Source: Syntrophales bacterium (lineage in GTDB: Bacteria > Desulfobacterota > Syntrophia > Syntrophales > UBA5619). Taken from it: a DNA stretch of 64,000 nt. Within the stretch, counting starts at the first letter, position 1, and every line of letters starts with the position of its first letter. The DNA lies in assembly GCA_040765725.1 (NCBI GenBank), contig JAXGRQ010000003.1, positions 11,409-75,408 of the forward strand. The letters are read 5' to 3'. A program made the translations under genes and the position numbers. The notes under the pieces are model-generated. The model ran no database searches and was not told where the DNA came from. It saw only the letters and a program-made list of their open reading frames with translations. Below, piece after piece: positions 1-9,975 of the stretch.

Positions 1-1267
1 CCCTCTGCGCCACTTTAGGCAGGTAGGCTGCGGTGCGCATCTTCCTGAGTGTATGGAGTTGGTCTGCAAAAAGGCCCCCGGGGCCCACTTCATCGATGAG
101 ATCCAGACAGAGATCCTCGTTTTCATAGCGGATACCCTTTTTTAGTTGCTTGAGCATCATGGCGATTTCATGATCGATCACCGCCTTCGCAAAGTCGAAG
201 ACCATCAGACTTCCCAGAAGACCGCCCATGTTGAGCATATCGATCCCCCCGAGAAGGGCGGCCGTCGTGCCCATACCGGTTTCATAACCCGACTGCGCAT
301 CGTTGACATGGGCATTCGTCAGGCCGATGTATCCGCCGGACGGCACACCGTAATACCGGGCCATCTGACAGAATCCCATCTGGAGCATCGCCGTTTCGAT
401 CGCACCGGGGGCATAATTCCCCGTTCTCATATCCGCCACCGTGGCAAGGACGGAATAGATCAGCGGCGTTCCGGGACGCACCATCTGCATCAGCAGAGCC
501 AAGGCAAGGAACTCGGCGTTTCCCTGAACCAGTGTTGCGATCAGGCTCAACGGGGAGCTCATCCCTGCGTTGGGACAGATCGTCCCATAGACTGGCAGGC
601 CCCTTTCGGCAAGGTAAATCACCGCCTCCGTGGATTCCACATCCATCGTCAGCGGCGAGACCACGGGGCAATAGTGGTGTGTCATGAGGGGCCTTGCACG
701 ATAAGCCTCGTTGCCGCCGGCGATGATTTCGCCCAGTTCAAGGACATCCTCCAGATCCTTCCTGTTCGGCGTATTGCTCCGAACCGGTTTGAGGCAGTTT
801 TTTAGTGCCGGGTAAAAGCGCGCCACGCTGAAATGTCCCTCCGGCGCATCGTCGGCCAGCGTGGAGATGGAGAAGACATCGTAGCCCGGCAGTTCGTTCA
901 CCAGATGCGCGATTCTGGCGATATCCGAGGACTTCGCTCTCCGTTGAACTCCGGTATCCGGATCGATCACATCCGGCGCCGAACTGGCGGTAATCATGAT
1001 CGGCCCGTCCTGCGGAAGAATGCGGTCAAACTTCGGGTCTCGTCCATGGAAGGCAAAAGATGGAACAAAAAATTTCCGGTATTCCTCAACCGTTTTTGCG
1101 GGTATGCGGATAACCCCGGTATGGGTGTCCCACGTGCATCCCCGATCGGTAAAGATTCGCCGCGCGTTGTCGTTGCGCACACGGATCCCCGTCCGATCCA
1201 AAATGAACAGCGATGCCTCATGCACTTTGTGCACCTCTTCGTCGGTCAAAAACTCAACCCCCTGCAT
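1..1267 (-). CDS. MttB-superfamily (trimethylamine methyltransferase-like) methyltransferase, non-pyrrolysine type; 3' end runs off the left edge
   Basis: Absent from the ORF track because it has no stop in the window. Reverse translation from ATG 1267 (RBS GAAAGGA) gives MQGVEFLTDEEVHKVHEASLFILDRTGIRV...HHYCPVVSPLTMD...GGYIGLTNAHVNDAQSGYETG... for about 422 codons, with no stop and no in-frame TAG. Confidence 0.85.
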   Translation of the reverse strand, partial: MQGVEFLTDEEVHKVHEASLFILDRTGIRVRNDNARRIFTDRGCTWDTHTGVIRIPAKTVEEYRKFFVPSFAFHGRDPKFDRILPQDGPIMITASSAPDVIDPDTGVQRRAKSSDIARIAHLVNELPGYDVFSISTLADDAPEGHFSVARFYPALKNCLKPVRSNTPNRKDLEDVLELGEIIAGGNEAYRARPLMTHHYCPVVSPLTMDVESTEAVIYLAERGLPVYGTICPNAGMSSPLSLIATLVQGNAEFLALALLMQMVRPGTPLIYSVLATVADMRTGNYAPGAIETAMLQMGFCQMARYYGVPSGGYIGLTNAHVNDAQSGYETGMGTTAALLGGIDMLNMGGLLGSLMVFDFAKAVIDHEIAMMLKQLKKGIRYENEDLCLDLIDEVGPGGLFADQLHTLRKMRTAAYLPKVAQR

Positions 1268-1279
1268 GAGCAATCCTTT

Positions 1280-2395
1280 CTACTTATTAGAATGATCTTG
1301 TATTTTAAGCATATGTAGTCTTTTCTTCAAGTACAGCTTTACATCGGTTCCCTCCTTGAGTATCCCCCGGTACTGAGGATCCGTCGCATCGATGTACATG
1401 ATCTGCTCACCGCATGCAACCGTGTAGCGGATGATGGCGCCAATGTACATGGCCGCCTCCACACGTCCATAAATCACATTGGTTTCATCGGAACGGGCGG
1501 AATCGAGGGCAGCGGCAATGCCGATCGATTCCGGGCGAACCACTGCCTTGAGCCTGTCGCCGCAGGCCACAGGAAAAGCGAAATGCGATGCCGACAAATC
1601 GCCGTGGCAGGTTCTCAGTTTGACATCCCTGCCGGATATATCGATCACCTCGCCGGGAATGAAATTAATGTGCCCGATGAAGCGGGCCACGAATTCATCG
1701 ACCGGCGTCTCATAAATTTGGGTCGGTGAACCGACCTGCTTTACGATGCCATGGTCCATCACGACAAGCTCATCTGAAAGAGACATCGCCTCTTCCTGAT
1801 CGTGGGTGACAAAGATAATAGACAGACCCAGACGCCGATGAAGCTTTCGGATCTCCCCGCGCATGAGCATACGGAGATTGGCGTCCAGGTTGGAGAGCGG
1901 TTCGTCCAGCAGAAGTATTTTTGGACGGAGACTCAGCGCCCTTGCGAGCGCCACCCGCTGCTGTTGCCCGCCGGAAAGTTCATGGGGCCTTCTATCCCCA
2001 AGCCCCTCCATCTGAACAAGGGTTAGGAGCCTCTCAACCTCATCGTCAACCTCTCTTTTGGTTTTTTTCATAATCTTGAGGCCGAATCCGATGTTTGCGG
2101 CTACGGTCATGTGTGGGAAAAGGGCGTAGTTTTGAAAAACCATGGCCGTGTCACGCGCGTTCGGCTGGAGATCGGTTATGTCCACTCCGTCCAGAATAAC
2201 CTTTCCTTCATCGGGAATGGTGAATCCGCTGACGACCCTCAAAAGCGTGGTCTTTCCGCAGCCGCTGGGACCGAGAAAGGTGACCAGCTTCCCGCGTTCC
2301 AGATCCAGGGAAACGTCATTCACCGCCGTCAATTCACCGAACCGTTTGACGATGTTCTTCAACTCCAGTATGGATGAGTCCCCTTTCCGAATCAT
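1280..2395 (-). CDS. ABC transporter ATP-binding protein (PotA/FbpC/PhnT-like, C-terminal TOBE-like domain)
   Basis: Walker A GPSGCGKTT, signature LSGGQQQRVALARAL, Walker B ILLLDEPLSNLD. Stop lies 13 nt before the mttB-like start. Confidence 0.9.
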   Translation of the reverse strand: MIRKGDSSILELKNIVKRFGELTAVNDVSLDLERGKLVTFLGPSGCGKTTLLRVVSGFTIPDEGKVILDGVDITDLQPNARDTAMVFQNYALFPHMTVAANIGFGLKIMKKTKREVDDEVERLLTLVQMEGLGDRRPHELSGGQQQRVALARALSLRPKILLLDEPLSNLDANLRMLMRGEIRKLHRRLGLSIIFVTHDQEEAMSLSDELVVMDHGIVKQVGSPTQIYETPVDEFVARFIGHINFIPGEVIDISGRDVKLRTCHGDLSASHFAFPVACGDRLKAVVRPESIGIAAALDSARSDETNVIYGRVEAAMYIGAIIRYTVACGEQIMYIDATDPQYRGILKEGTDVKLYLKKRLHMLKIQDHSNK

Positions 2396-2408
2396 GGCTG
2401 ACGCCTCT

Positions 2409-4355
2409 TTAGAACATTTCTATTTTCGACAATTTGACCAATAGTTTCAGCCCTCCCAGGCAGGCCAGGACAACGGCGATCAACATCGTGGAAATTGCGC
2501 AAGCCATTCCCAAATAACCCTGCTCGGCCACGTTCAGAATATACAGCGCCGCCAGGTCGTTACCAGGGGTGATCAAGAAGATCACCGCGCTCACCGCGAT
2601 CATTCCAACCATGAATGTGTAGATGAATCCGGCAACAAATGCAGAACTGATCAAGGGTAAAACGATCCTGAAAAAGGTCCGAAAGGCACCGGCCCCCATG
2701 TCGGCCGCCGCTTCCTCGATGGCCACGTCGATTTGATGGAGCTTGCTCACCCCCGCTTCAAGGCTGACCGACAGGTTCCGAAAAGCCTCGTTGATGATCA
2801 GGATGATGAAGGTTCCGGTGAGCTTCAGCGGCGGGTTGTTGAATGCGAGAATATACCCGATCCCCATAACCGTCCCGGGAACCGCAAATCCCAGAAGGGC
2901 AAGAGACTCCACAACCTTCTTCAGAGGGACCCTTTTCCGGACCAGGATATAGGAGAGGACGAGACCGATCGTCGGTGCCACCAGGGCCGCTCCCAGCGAA
3001 AACTTGAGGCTGGTGAACAGCGTCCTGAAACCGTTCGGACTGCGGAAATGATCCAGGGTCAGGCTGTTGTCTATCATCAGGATTTTGGTGAAGGCCCCGA
3101 TGAAAATCATACCGAAGCTCAAAACAATGACCGACGAAGCCACCGCCACCAAAAACAGCATGGGGTACAGGATTTTAGGGGCAATGGGGCGCCTCTCTGT
3201 CTGCTGGGGTTTTCCGCCGATGGTCGTGAAAACCTTTCCCCTCAGAATGAACTCGTTCACCAGGAAAATAATCAGGCTGGGCAGAACCAGAAAAACACAG
3301 AAGACGGCCGCCATTTCCAGGTTGTTCTCGCTGACCCATAGAAGGTAGGCGCCGGTGGAAAGAAAGGGGACGTCCCCGCCGATCAACATTGGATTCCCGA
3401 AGTCGGCGATCGAGAGAATGAAAACGAGCAATGCCGCTTTCAGAATGCCCGGTGACGAAAGGGGTATGGTGATCTTGTACAGGATCTGCCAGTCGGTTGC
3501 GCGCATGTCATAGGCGGCCTCCTCGAGATTGGAGCCCAGCGAGCGCAGCACGTTTTCGATCATCAGGTAACCCAACGGCAGGAAGGTGATCACCTGGGCG
3601 ATGATCACCCCACGCCATCCATAGATGTCGAACGGCAAATCCAGCAAACGCGTCACGATGCCGTGACGTCCGCCGATGATGATCAGCGCCAGCGAAAAAA
3701 TGAAGGGAGGTGCGACCAGCGGTATGAGACCGAGCATCCTCAATGGAAATTTCAGCAGGGCGGGTCCCTTGAGCCCCAGAAAAGCGAAGCAGAAGGCAAG
3801 TGGAATGACCAGCAGGGTGGTGACAACCGCCACGACAATGCTGTTTTTCAATGCACGGTAATACCGGCCGCTGGAAAAGAATTCGATGTAGGTGGCAAGG
3901 CTGGCCGTGCTTTCCTTGCTCAGCGACATCTTGGCATTCACCACCGTGGGCTCCAATAAACCCCGGTTTCGCTGGATGGCGCGTTTGATGTCGTTGAAGC
4001 CTTTCAGATCGTCCCAATCCTTGCGAAAACGGACGGTATGAACGGTTGCCCCGGCTTCCCTTCTCAACCGGGTTTGTTCGATCCCCTGGATTTGATCAAG
4101 GATCCGGATCAGAGAATCATTTGCGTTTTCGCTTGTCTTTTTGTCCGATGGCCCTGCATCCGCAACGGTGATGCCGACCGTCGGATAGCTGACGGTAAAG
4201 CTTTTTACCAGAACGGATCCGATGGGAAAGACTATAAAGAGGAATATCAGAAAAACGGCGACCGACGAAACCGACAGCAGGCCCGGTCTGCGGAAAAGAT
4301 ACCGGAAGTCGTCCACTTGCCGCTTCAGGATGGCGCTGACCGGGAAAAGAATCAT
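2409..4355 (-). CDS. ABC transporter permease, fused double-domain (FbpB/AfuB/PhnUV-like)
   Basis: 648 aa, about 12 hydrophobic segments, two EAA-type loops (EEAAYDMRAT, EEAAADMGAG). Sits between the SBP and ATPase genes. Confidence 0.85.
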   Translation of the reverse strand: MILFPVSAILKRQVDDFRYLFRRPGLLSVSSVAVFLIFLFIVFPIGSVLVKSFTVSYPTVGITVADAGPSDKKTSENANDSLIRILDQIQGIEQTRLRREAGATVHTVRFRKDWDDLKGFNDIKRAIQRNRGLLEPTVVNAKMSLSKESTASLATYIEFFSSGRYYRALKNSIVVAVVTTLLVIPLAFCFAFLGLKGPALLKFPLRMLGLIPLVAPPFIFSLALIIIGGRHGIVTRLLDLPFDIYGWRGVIIAQVITFLPLGYLMIENVLRSLGSNLEEAAYDMRATDWQILYKITIPLSSPGILKAALLVFILSIADFGNPMLIGGDVPFLSTGAYLLWVSENNLEMAAVFCVFLVLPSLIIFLVNEFILRGKVFTTIGGKPQQTERRPIAPKILYPMLFLVAVASSVIVLSFGMIFIGAFTKILMIDNSLTLDHFRSPNGFRTLFTSLKFSLGAALVAPTIGLVLSYILVRKRVPLKKVVESLALLGFAVPGTVMGIGYILAFNNPPLKLTGTFIILIINEAFRNLSVSLEAGVSKLHQIDVAIEEAAADMGAGAFRTFFRIVLPLISSAFVAGFIYTFMVGMIAVSAVIFLITPGNDLAALYILNVAEQGYLGMACAISTMLIAVVLACLGGLKLLVKLSKIEMF

Positions 4356-4474
4356 TCTGGCTCCAAACGGTCAAATCTGGATGCCGCTTCGGCATGGGGC
4401 CGGACTCAACACCCGCCCCATGCCTGCTCAAAAAAAGCTCGATGCTGCAGTTGCTGAAAAATGAAACTCCGTCC

Positions 4475-5473
4475 TCACTTATGGAAACGTTTTGCCCACT
4501 CGCTCATGATGCGCTTCTTGTTCTCCCCGGCCCAAAGCGCATCATATTTGATCAGCTTGGGATCAACGAGCACTTTTCCCGGAACGCCGGGTCGCGTGAC
4601 CTTGGAACGGAGGAGACCGATCTGCGTCTGTCCCTCCTTGGTGCCCAACCAGTCCACAAGCTTCTGTGCGCCGGCAAGATTTTTGGTCCCTTTCAAAATG
4701 GCCACAGACTCCAGGTCAAACGCGGTTCCTTCGGCCGGGATGAGACCCTCAATAGGGAATTTCTGCTGCACCCTTCCGTATACGGCCTGATCCCAGCTGA
4801 CACCGATGGCGTATTCCCCCTGCGCAACCGACTGGGCCGGCGCCGAACCGGATTTGGTGTATTGGCCGGCGTTCGCATGTATCTTCTCCAGGATTTCCCA
4901 GCCCTTCTCTTCGCCGAAGATCTGCATCACCGCAGAGACGAAGATAAATGCCGTGCCGCTTGTGGCTGGGTCGGGCATCACGATCTCTCCCTTGTAGACC
5001 GGATTGGTCAGGTCCGCCCACGATTTTGGTTTCGGCAGATTTTTCTTTTTCAGAAGATCCGGATTTACCGCAATGGCGGAAAACCAATAGTTATATCCGT
5101 ACCAATGATGATCCGGATCCTTGAATTCGGCCGGGATATCCGCCCATGCGGGCGATGAATACGGAACGAAAAAACCCCTCTGGGTCCCCACTTGCGCGTC
5201 AGAGTTCAGAAAGCCCCAGATCACATCGGCATTGAAATTCGGATTTTCCGTCAATACGCGGGTCCAGAGTTCATTGGATGCCAGACGGGGACTCCAGACG
5301 ATCTTCATGCCGATTGCCTTTTCCGCAATGGGCACCCATTTTTCCATCTCGGCCGTCTCGTTGTGGGTGTACACACGGAGTTCCGTCTGTGCATCGCATG
5401 GGGACGCAATCATAAACCCGCCCGCGAGCGCCAGGATGATCGCCAAACCGATGAACTTTTTCATGCAATTCAT
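4475..5473 (-). CDS. ABC transporter periplasmic substrate-binding protein (family 1; AfuA/PotD/PhnS-like)
   Basis: Signal peptide MNCMKKFIGLAIILALAGGFMIASPCDA. Start moved to ATG 5473 (RBS GGAGGGA 6 nt upstream). Paralogous to 16092-17099. Confidence 0.8.
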   Translation of the reverse strand: MNCMKKFIGLAIILALAGGFMIASPCDAQTELRVYTHNETAEMEKWVPIAEKAIGMKIVWSPRLASNELWTRVLTENPNFNADVIWGFLNSDAQVGTQRGFFVPYSSPAWADIPAEFKDPDHHWYGYNYWFSAIAVNPDLLKKKNLPKPKSWADLTNPVYKGEIVMPDPATSGTAFIFVSAVMQIFGEEKGWEILEKIHANAGQYTKSGSAPAQSVAQGEYAIGVSWDQAVYGRVQQKFPIEGLIPAEGTAFDLESVAILKGTKNLAGAQKLVDWLGTKEGQTQIGLLRSKVTRPGVPGKVLVDPKLIKYDALWAGENKKRIMSEWAKRFHK

Positions 5474-5617
5474 ATTGGTCCCTCCTTCCGTTGAAGAAAA
5501 AAGCTGTTGACCCGATGGCATGAAGCGCCCTTCCCTCCGCATCTTCCCGGGCCAATGCCCGTTTTCAACGATGTTTCCCCGCCTTTGGGCGATTTTACCA
5601 TGAATGACCGATCCGGC

Positions 5618-8038
5618 CTACAGAAATATCCTGCGCCTCTCCGGATCGTAACAAGCCTTCGTCACCAATGTGGCCGGAAAAGCTTCTCCAAAAACTTCGA
5701 CCGCAAAGCCCTCGGTGGCCTGCGTGTCCTCGGTGGAAAGATATCCCATGGCGATCGTTTTTCCCACCGTATGTCCGAAACCGCCGCTGGTAACCACGCC
5801 GACCACCCTGCCGCGGCAGGTGATGGTTTCCCCTCCGTGAAGCAGCATCGGCTTATCGGCTTCGAGCGTGAAGGTCCGTAGCTTCCAGGGAGCTCCCTCC
5901 TCTTTGATTTTCAGGAGAGCCTCCCGTCCGATAAAGGGACCCTTGTCGAGGCTGACCGCAAAGCCGATCCCGGCATCGAAGGGAGTGTAATCGGGCGAAA
6001 CCTCGGCGCCCCAGTAGCAGTACCCCTTCTCCAAACGCAGCGAATCGATCGCTCGGTATCCGGCATTTCGGACACCGAGGGGCTGACCGTTTTCCCAGAG
6101 ACTCTCATAGAGACCGGCTGCATATTCCGGCGGCATATAAAGTTCATAACCCAATTCGCCGATGTAAGTTACCCGGAGGGCCAGGACGGGGGCGTACCCG
6201 ATAACGACTTGCCGACATTGACCAAAGGAGAAAGCGTCATTGCTGAAATCCTCCTCGGAAAGCCCCTGCAGGAGTTCCCGCGAACGTGGGCCGCAGACGT
6301 TGATCATCGCAAACGAGGAAGTCACGTCGCGCAACGCGACGGATCCGTCTTTGGGAAGGTGCTTTTTGAGCCATGTGAAATCGTGCACCCCGAAGGCCGT
6401 CCCGGTAATGATGAAAAATCTTTCGTTTTCCACTCGGGAAACGGTGACGTCCGCCTCGACCCCGCCGCGTTTGTTGCAGAACTGCGTATATACGGTTGTC
6501 CCCACCGGTCTGTTCAGGTTGCCGGCCGCGACGTAATTTAGGAAGGCAAGTGCACCGGTTCCCGTTACCTCGAACTTGCTGAACGATGACTGGTCGATGA
6601 GCACAACCGCTTCTCGAGCCGCCCTGTGTTCCTCAGATACCGGCTCGAACCAGTTTGGGACGCCGAAAGTGCAGGTATCCTCAGCGGGCATACCGGGCGG
6701 CGCGAACCAGTTGGCGCGTTCCCACCCGTATTTCGCCCCGTAGACGGCTCCTTTTTCCTTCAACAGCCAGTACAGCGGAGAACGCTTCACCCTCCTGGCC
6801 GAATCGTGCTCCTCATGGGGCCAGGAAATGGTGTAATGCTTCCCGTAGATCTCTTTTGTGCGTTCAACGTTATACCGGAGACTATGGTGGTACTGGCCAA
6901 AACGGCGGATGTCCAGCGGCCAGATGTTCAGGCTCGGTTCTCCCTCCACGATCCATTCGGCGAGCATTTTTCCGGCGCCGCCGCCCGCGGCGATCCCAAA
7001 GGCATTAAATCCCGCGGCAACAAATCCGTTTTCGAGTTCGGGAGCCGGCCCCAGGATGCAATTCCCATCCGGCGTAAAGGCCTCCGGCCCGTTGACGAGG
7101 CGTGCAATCCCGGCCGTTCCCAGACAGGGCGTTCGGTTCACCGCCGCCTGTGAAATGGACTCGAAGTGTTCAAAGTCGGGTTCCAGAAGCTCCTGGGTGA
7201 ACGCGTTGGACACCCCCCGGACAGACCAGGGAATACCGTCCCGTTCGTAACCGCCCATGACAAGTCCCCCCACCTCTTCCTTGTAGTACAGAAGGCTATC
7301 CTTATCCCGCAACGTCGGCATATTCGGCGGCACCCCCTCAATCGCCTCGGTGACCAGATACTGGTGCTGGAAGGGAACCAAAGGGATGTTCACGCCCATC
7401 ATGCGGCCAATCTGACGGCCCCACATCCCGGCCGCATTCACGACGATTTCACAGCGGATTTTTCCTTTATCGGTCAGTACGGCTTCGGCTCGATTGTTTC
7501 GGATTTCGAATCCCGTGACCAAGGTCTTCTGTTCCACTGCAGCGCCTCGGTTCACGGCCCCCTTGGCCAAGGCCATGGTCAGACCGCTTGGGTCGGCTTG
7601 GCCGTCGGAGGGCATGTAGGCTGCACCGATAATCCCTTCCATGTTCAGGATGGGGCAGAGTTTCAGAGCTTCCTCCTGTGTAATCATGTGCAGATCGAGT
7701 CCGAAACTGCGGGCCGTTGTCGCCCCCTTCTTCAGCTCGAGGATGCGCTCCTTCGTGCTCGCCAGGTGGAGACAACCGCTCTCCTTCCAGCCCGTCGTCA
7801 GTCCCGTCTCCGCTTCCAGCGTCTTGTAGAGACCGACGCTGTATTGAAGCATCCGTGTAATATTTCGGTGAGAGCGCAGTTGACCGACAAGACCGGCTGC
7901 ATGCCAGGTCGATCCACTGGTCAACTCGCCCTTTTCCAGGATGACCACGTCCCGCCATCCCATTTTGGTCAGGTGATAGGCGATGCTGCATCCCACGATC
8001 CCTCCACCAATAATGACGACCTGTGCACTGTCACGCAT
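5618..8038 (-). CDS. Dimethylglycine/sarcosine dehydrogenase-like flavoenzyme (FAD DAO domain fused to a GcvT-type folate-binding aminomethyltransferase domain)
   Basis: 806 aa. N-terminal VVIIGGGIVGCSIAYHL dinucleotide fold and STWHAAGL (covalent-FAD His context in DMGDH/SARDH). C-terminal GcvT-like region (RLEKGY..., GGETI...GRVVGVVTSGGFG). Confidence 0.85.
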   Translation of the reverse strand: MRDSAQVVIIGGGIVGCSIAYHLTKMGWRDVVILEKGELTSGSTWHAAGLVGQLRSHRNITRMLQYSVGLYKTLEAETGLTTGWKESGCLHLASTKERILELKKGATTARSFGLDLHMITQEEALKLCPILNMEGIIGAAYMPSDGQADPSGLTMALAKGAVNRGAAVEQKTLVTGFEIRNNRAEAVLTDKGKIRCEIVVNAAGMWGRQIGRMMGVNIPLVPFQHQYLVTEAIEGVPPNMPTLRDKDSLLYYKEEVGGLVMGGYERDGIPWSVRGVSNAFTQELLEPDFEHFESISQAAVNRTPCLGTAGIARLVNGPEAFTPDGNCILGPAPELENGFVAAGFNAFGIAAGGGAGKMLAEWIVEGEPSLNIWPLDIRRFGQYHHSLRYNVERTKEIYGKHYTISWPHEEHDSARRVKRSPLYWLLKEKGAVYGAKYGWERANWFAPPGMPAEDTCTFGVPNWFEPVSEEHRAAREAVVLIDQSSFSKFEVTGTGALAFLNYVAAGNLNRPVGTTVYTQFCNKRGGVEADVTVSRVENERFFIITGTAFGVHDFTWLKKHLPKDGSVALRDVTSSFAMINVCGPRSRELLQGLSEEDFSNDAFSFGQCRQVVIGYAPVLALRVTYIGELGYELYMPPEYAAGLYESLWENGQPLGVRNAGYRAIDSLRLEKGYCYWGAEVSPDYTPFDAGIGFAVSLDKGPFIGREALLKIKEEGAPWKLRTFTLEADKPMLLHGGETITCRGRVVGVVTSGGFGHTVGKTIAMGYLSTEDTQATEGFAVEVFGEAFPATLVTKACYDPERRRIFL

Positions 8039-8114
8039 GTTCCTCTCCTTTCAGTGTCCTGGAATGATCTCTCCGACGAGTCTATGACGAATTCTTTACG
8101 GGATCATCCGATGA

Positions 8115-9080
8115 TCAATCCTGAATGGCTTTCGAATCCAGTTCCCTCGTGAGGGCGGGAACGACCTCGAACAGATCCCCGAGAAGACCATAATCGCATT
8201 TCTGAAAAATCGGTGCGTCCTTATCTTGGTTGATGCAGACGATCACCTTGGAGGTCTTCATTCCGGCGAAATGCTGTACCGAGCCGGAGATTCCGCAGGC
8301 AATGTAAAGTTTGGGGCTGACGGTTTTTCCGGTCTGTCCCACCTGAAGCGCATGCGGTGCATATCCCGCATCGACCGCAGCCCGTGAGGCTCCGACCGCA
8401 GCGCCAAGCTTGGACGCGCATTCGCGCAAGATTCTGAAGTTCTCCGCCGACCCCAAACCTCGACCGCCGGAAACAATGATCTCCGCTTCCGAAACATCCG
8501 GTCCCCCTGTGCCTCCCCGCCGGATTTCCCGGATCACCATCCGCCTGCGAAAAGCGATCTCGGGCTTCATCTCGATGACCTTTCCGGCTCTCGGGTCGAT
8601 TCGTTCCGTAAAGACGTTGGGCCGAATCCCCAATATCCAGGGCGTTCCTCTCAGTTTCATTGTCGCTGTCGCCCTCCCGGAAAAATGGGACTTCCGGACA
8701 ATCCCCTCAGCAAGGTCCAGATGCAGGCAATCCAGGACCAGGGGGGCATTATTCAGTGAGGCCACCCTGGCCAGCAGATCCCTTCCGACCTGTCCCGACG
8801 ACCCCAGAAGGACCTGGAGTTCACAATGTTGGACAGCCCAGGCGATCGAAGCAGCCAGTTCCTCAGGCAGGGACGCCAAATCCCCTTGTGCAGTTGTAAT
8901 CGATACGATCCAATCCGAACCGTGACGGCGCAACGTCTCACGAGACGGTTCCGCTTCCGGAGCCATCAACAGGGCAAACACCTCCCCGTTTGTGAAATGC
9001 CTGGCAGCCGCCAGAACGCCCAGGGAGGTTTTCCTGACCTCTCCATTGTTTTGTTCAATCAAGACACCGATTCTTTTCAT
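8115..9080 (-). CDS. etfA: Electron transfer flavoprotein alpha subunit
   Basis: 321 aa. C-terminal FAD-binding signature ...PKLYIACGISGSVQHFAGMKTSKVIVCINQDKDAPIF... Directly downstream of etfB. Confidence 0.9.
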   Translation of the reverse strand: MKRIGVLIEQNNGEVRKTSLGVLAAARHFTNGEVFALLMAPEAEPSRETLRRHGSDWIVSITTAQGDLASLPEELAASIAWAVQHCELQVLLGSSGQVGRDLLARVASLNNAPLVLDCLHLDLAEGIVRKSHFSGRATATMKLRGTPWILGIRPNVFTERIDPRAGKVIEMKPEIAFRRRMVIREIRRGGTGGPDVSEAEIIVSGGRGLGSAENFRILRECASKLGAAVGASRAAVDAGYAPHALQVGQTGKTVSPKLYIACGISGSVQHFAGMKTSKVIVCINQDKDAPIFQKCDYGLLGDLFEVVPALTRELDSKAIQD

Positions 9081-9097
9081 CGCTTGAGGATTCTTGT

Positions 9098-9865
9098 TTA
9101 CAATGTTTTGTTTTCCCGCAGGATGTTCAGGAGTTCCCGGACCATGCCCTCAGGGGAGCCTTCGAGCACTCTCCCACGGGTTCGGTCGGGTACCGCCTGA
9201 AGTTCCAGAAGCGGCATGGAAGCATCTGATACAGGAATTTCCAGATTCGCGGATGGAATGGTGAGAATCTCTTTTTTCTTTGCCTTCATCATGTCCGGAA
9301 GGGTGGGGGAACGCGGATGGTTCAGTCCTTTGGTGGCGCCGATGATGCAGGGCATTCGCATTTCGATCACCTCCCGTACGTCCCCTTCAATTTCCCGCTC
9401 CACCGTGACAATTTCGCCGGCGATGCAAAGGGATACCACGTTGACGGTCACGGGAATGTCGAAAAGCGTTCCCAGGCGGTACGGCACCTGCATTCCCTCC
9501 GTATCGACCGACTGTCGTCCGACCAGGATCAAATCCGGCAAACCCTCTCCGGATATGGCTTTGTGCAGGAGGTTTGCCGTTTCAACGGCATCCGTAAAAT
9601 AGGTCTTCGTCAGGACATGGATCGCCCGGTCGGCGCCCACGGCCAGAGCCGTCCGCAAGGTCGAAACGGCGGCCTCCTTGCCGACCGTTACCGCAGCCAC
9701 GGTCACTCCCGTATTCTTTTCCTTGATTCGGATGGCCTCTTCCAGTGCATATTCATCGTAAGGATTGGCAATGAACTTGACGGTTTCATCGAATTCCATT
9801 TTTCCCAGCGGCCTGATGTTCGCGGCTGTGTCGGGAACGTGCTTGATGCAAACATAGATCTGCAT
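9098..9865 (-). CDS. etfB: Electron transfer flavoprotein beta subunit
   Basis: 255 aa, MQIYVCIKHVPDTAANI...NPYDEYALEEAIRIKE..., typical EtfB N-terminus. Confidence 0.9.
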   Translation of the reverse strand: MQIYVCIKHVPDTAANIRPLGKMEFDETVKFIANPYDEYALEEAIRIKEKNTGVTVAAVTVGKEAAVSTLRTALAVGADRAIHVLTKTYFTDAVETANLLHKAISGEGLPDLILVGRQSVDTEGMQVPYRLGTLFDIPVTVNVVSLCIAGEIVTVEREIEGDVREVIEMRMPCIIGATKGLNHPRSPTLPDMMKAKKKEILTIPSANLEIPVSDASMPLLELQAVPDRTRGRVLEGSPEGMVRELLNILRENKTL

Positions 9866-9914
9866 GGTGGGTCACAAGAGGTGTCTGACGAATTTCCCCG
9901 TAAAGCCCGAAGCC

Positions 9915-9952
9915 GTATCCCGGGAGCCTTTCTTCTAAGGCTCCCGGGATAC
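9915..9952 (-). other. 14-bp perfect intercistronic hairpin between the aminotransferase gene and etfB
   Basis: GTATCCCGGGAGCC-(10 nt)-GGCTCCCGGGATAC, with no U-tract. Confidence 0.45.
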
Positions 9953-9975
9953 CGCTTTAGGATGGGTGATTTTGC

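Noticed and set aside
1-1267. In-frame amber (pyrrolysine) codon in the MttB-like gene
   Set aside because: I translated about 422 codons on the minus strand and found no TAG or any other stop. This is a non-Pyl MttB-superfamily member as far as the window shows.
4392-4423. 9-bp hairpin GCATGGGGC/GCCCCATGC after the first SBP gene as a terminator
   Set aside because: On the transcribed (minus) strand the T-run lies before the stem, not after it, so it is not a canonical intrinsic terminator.
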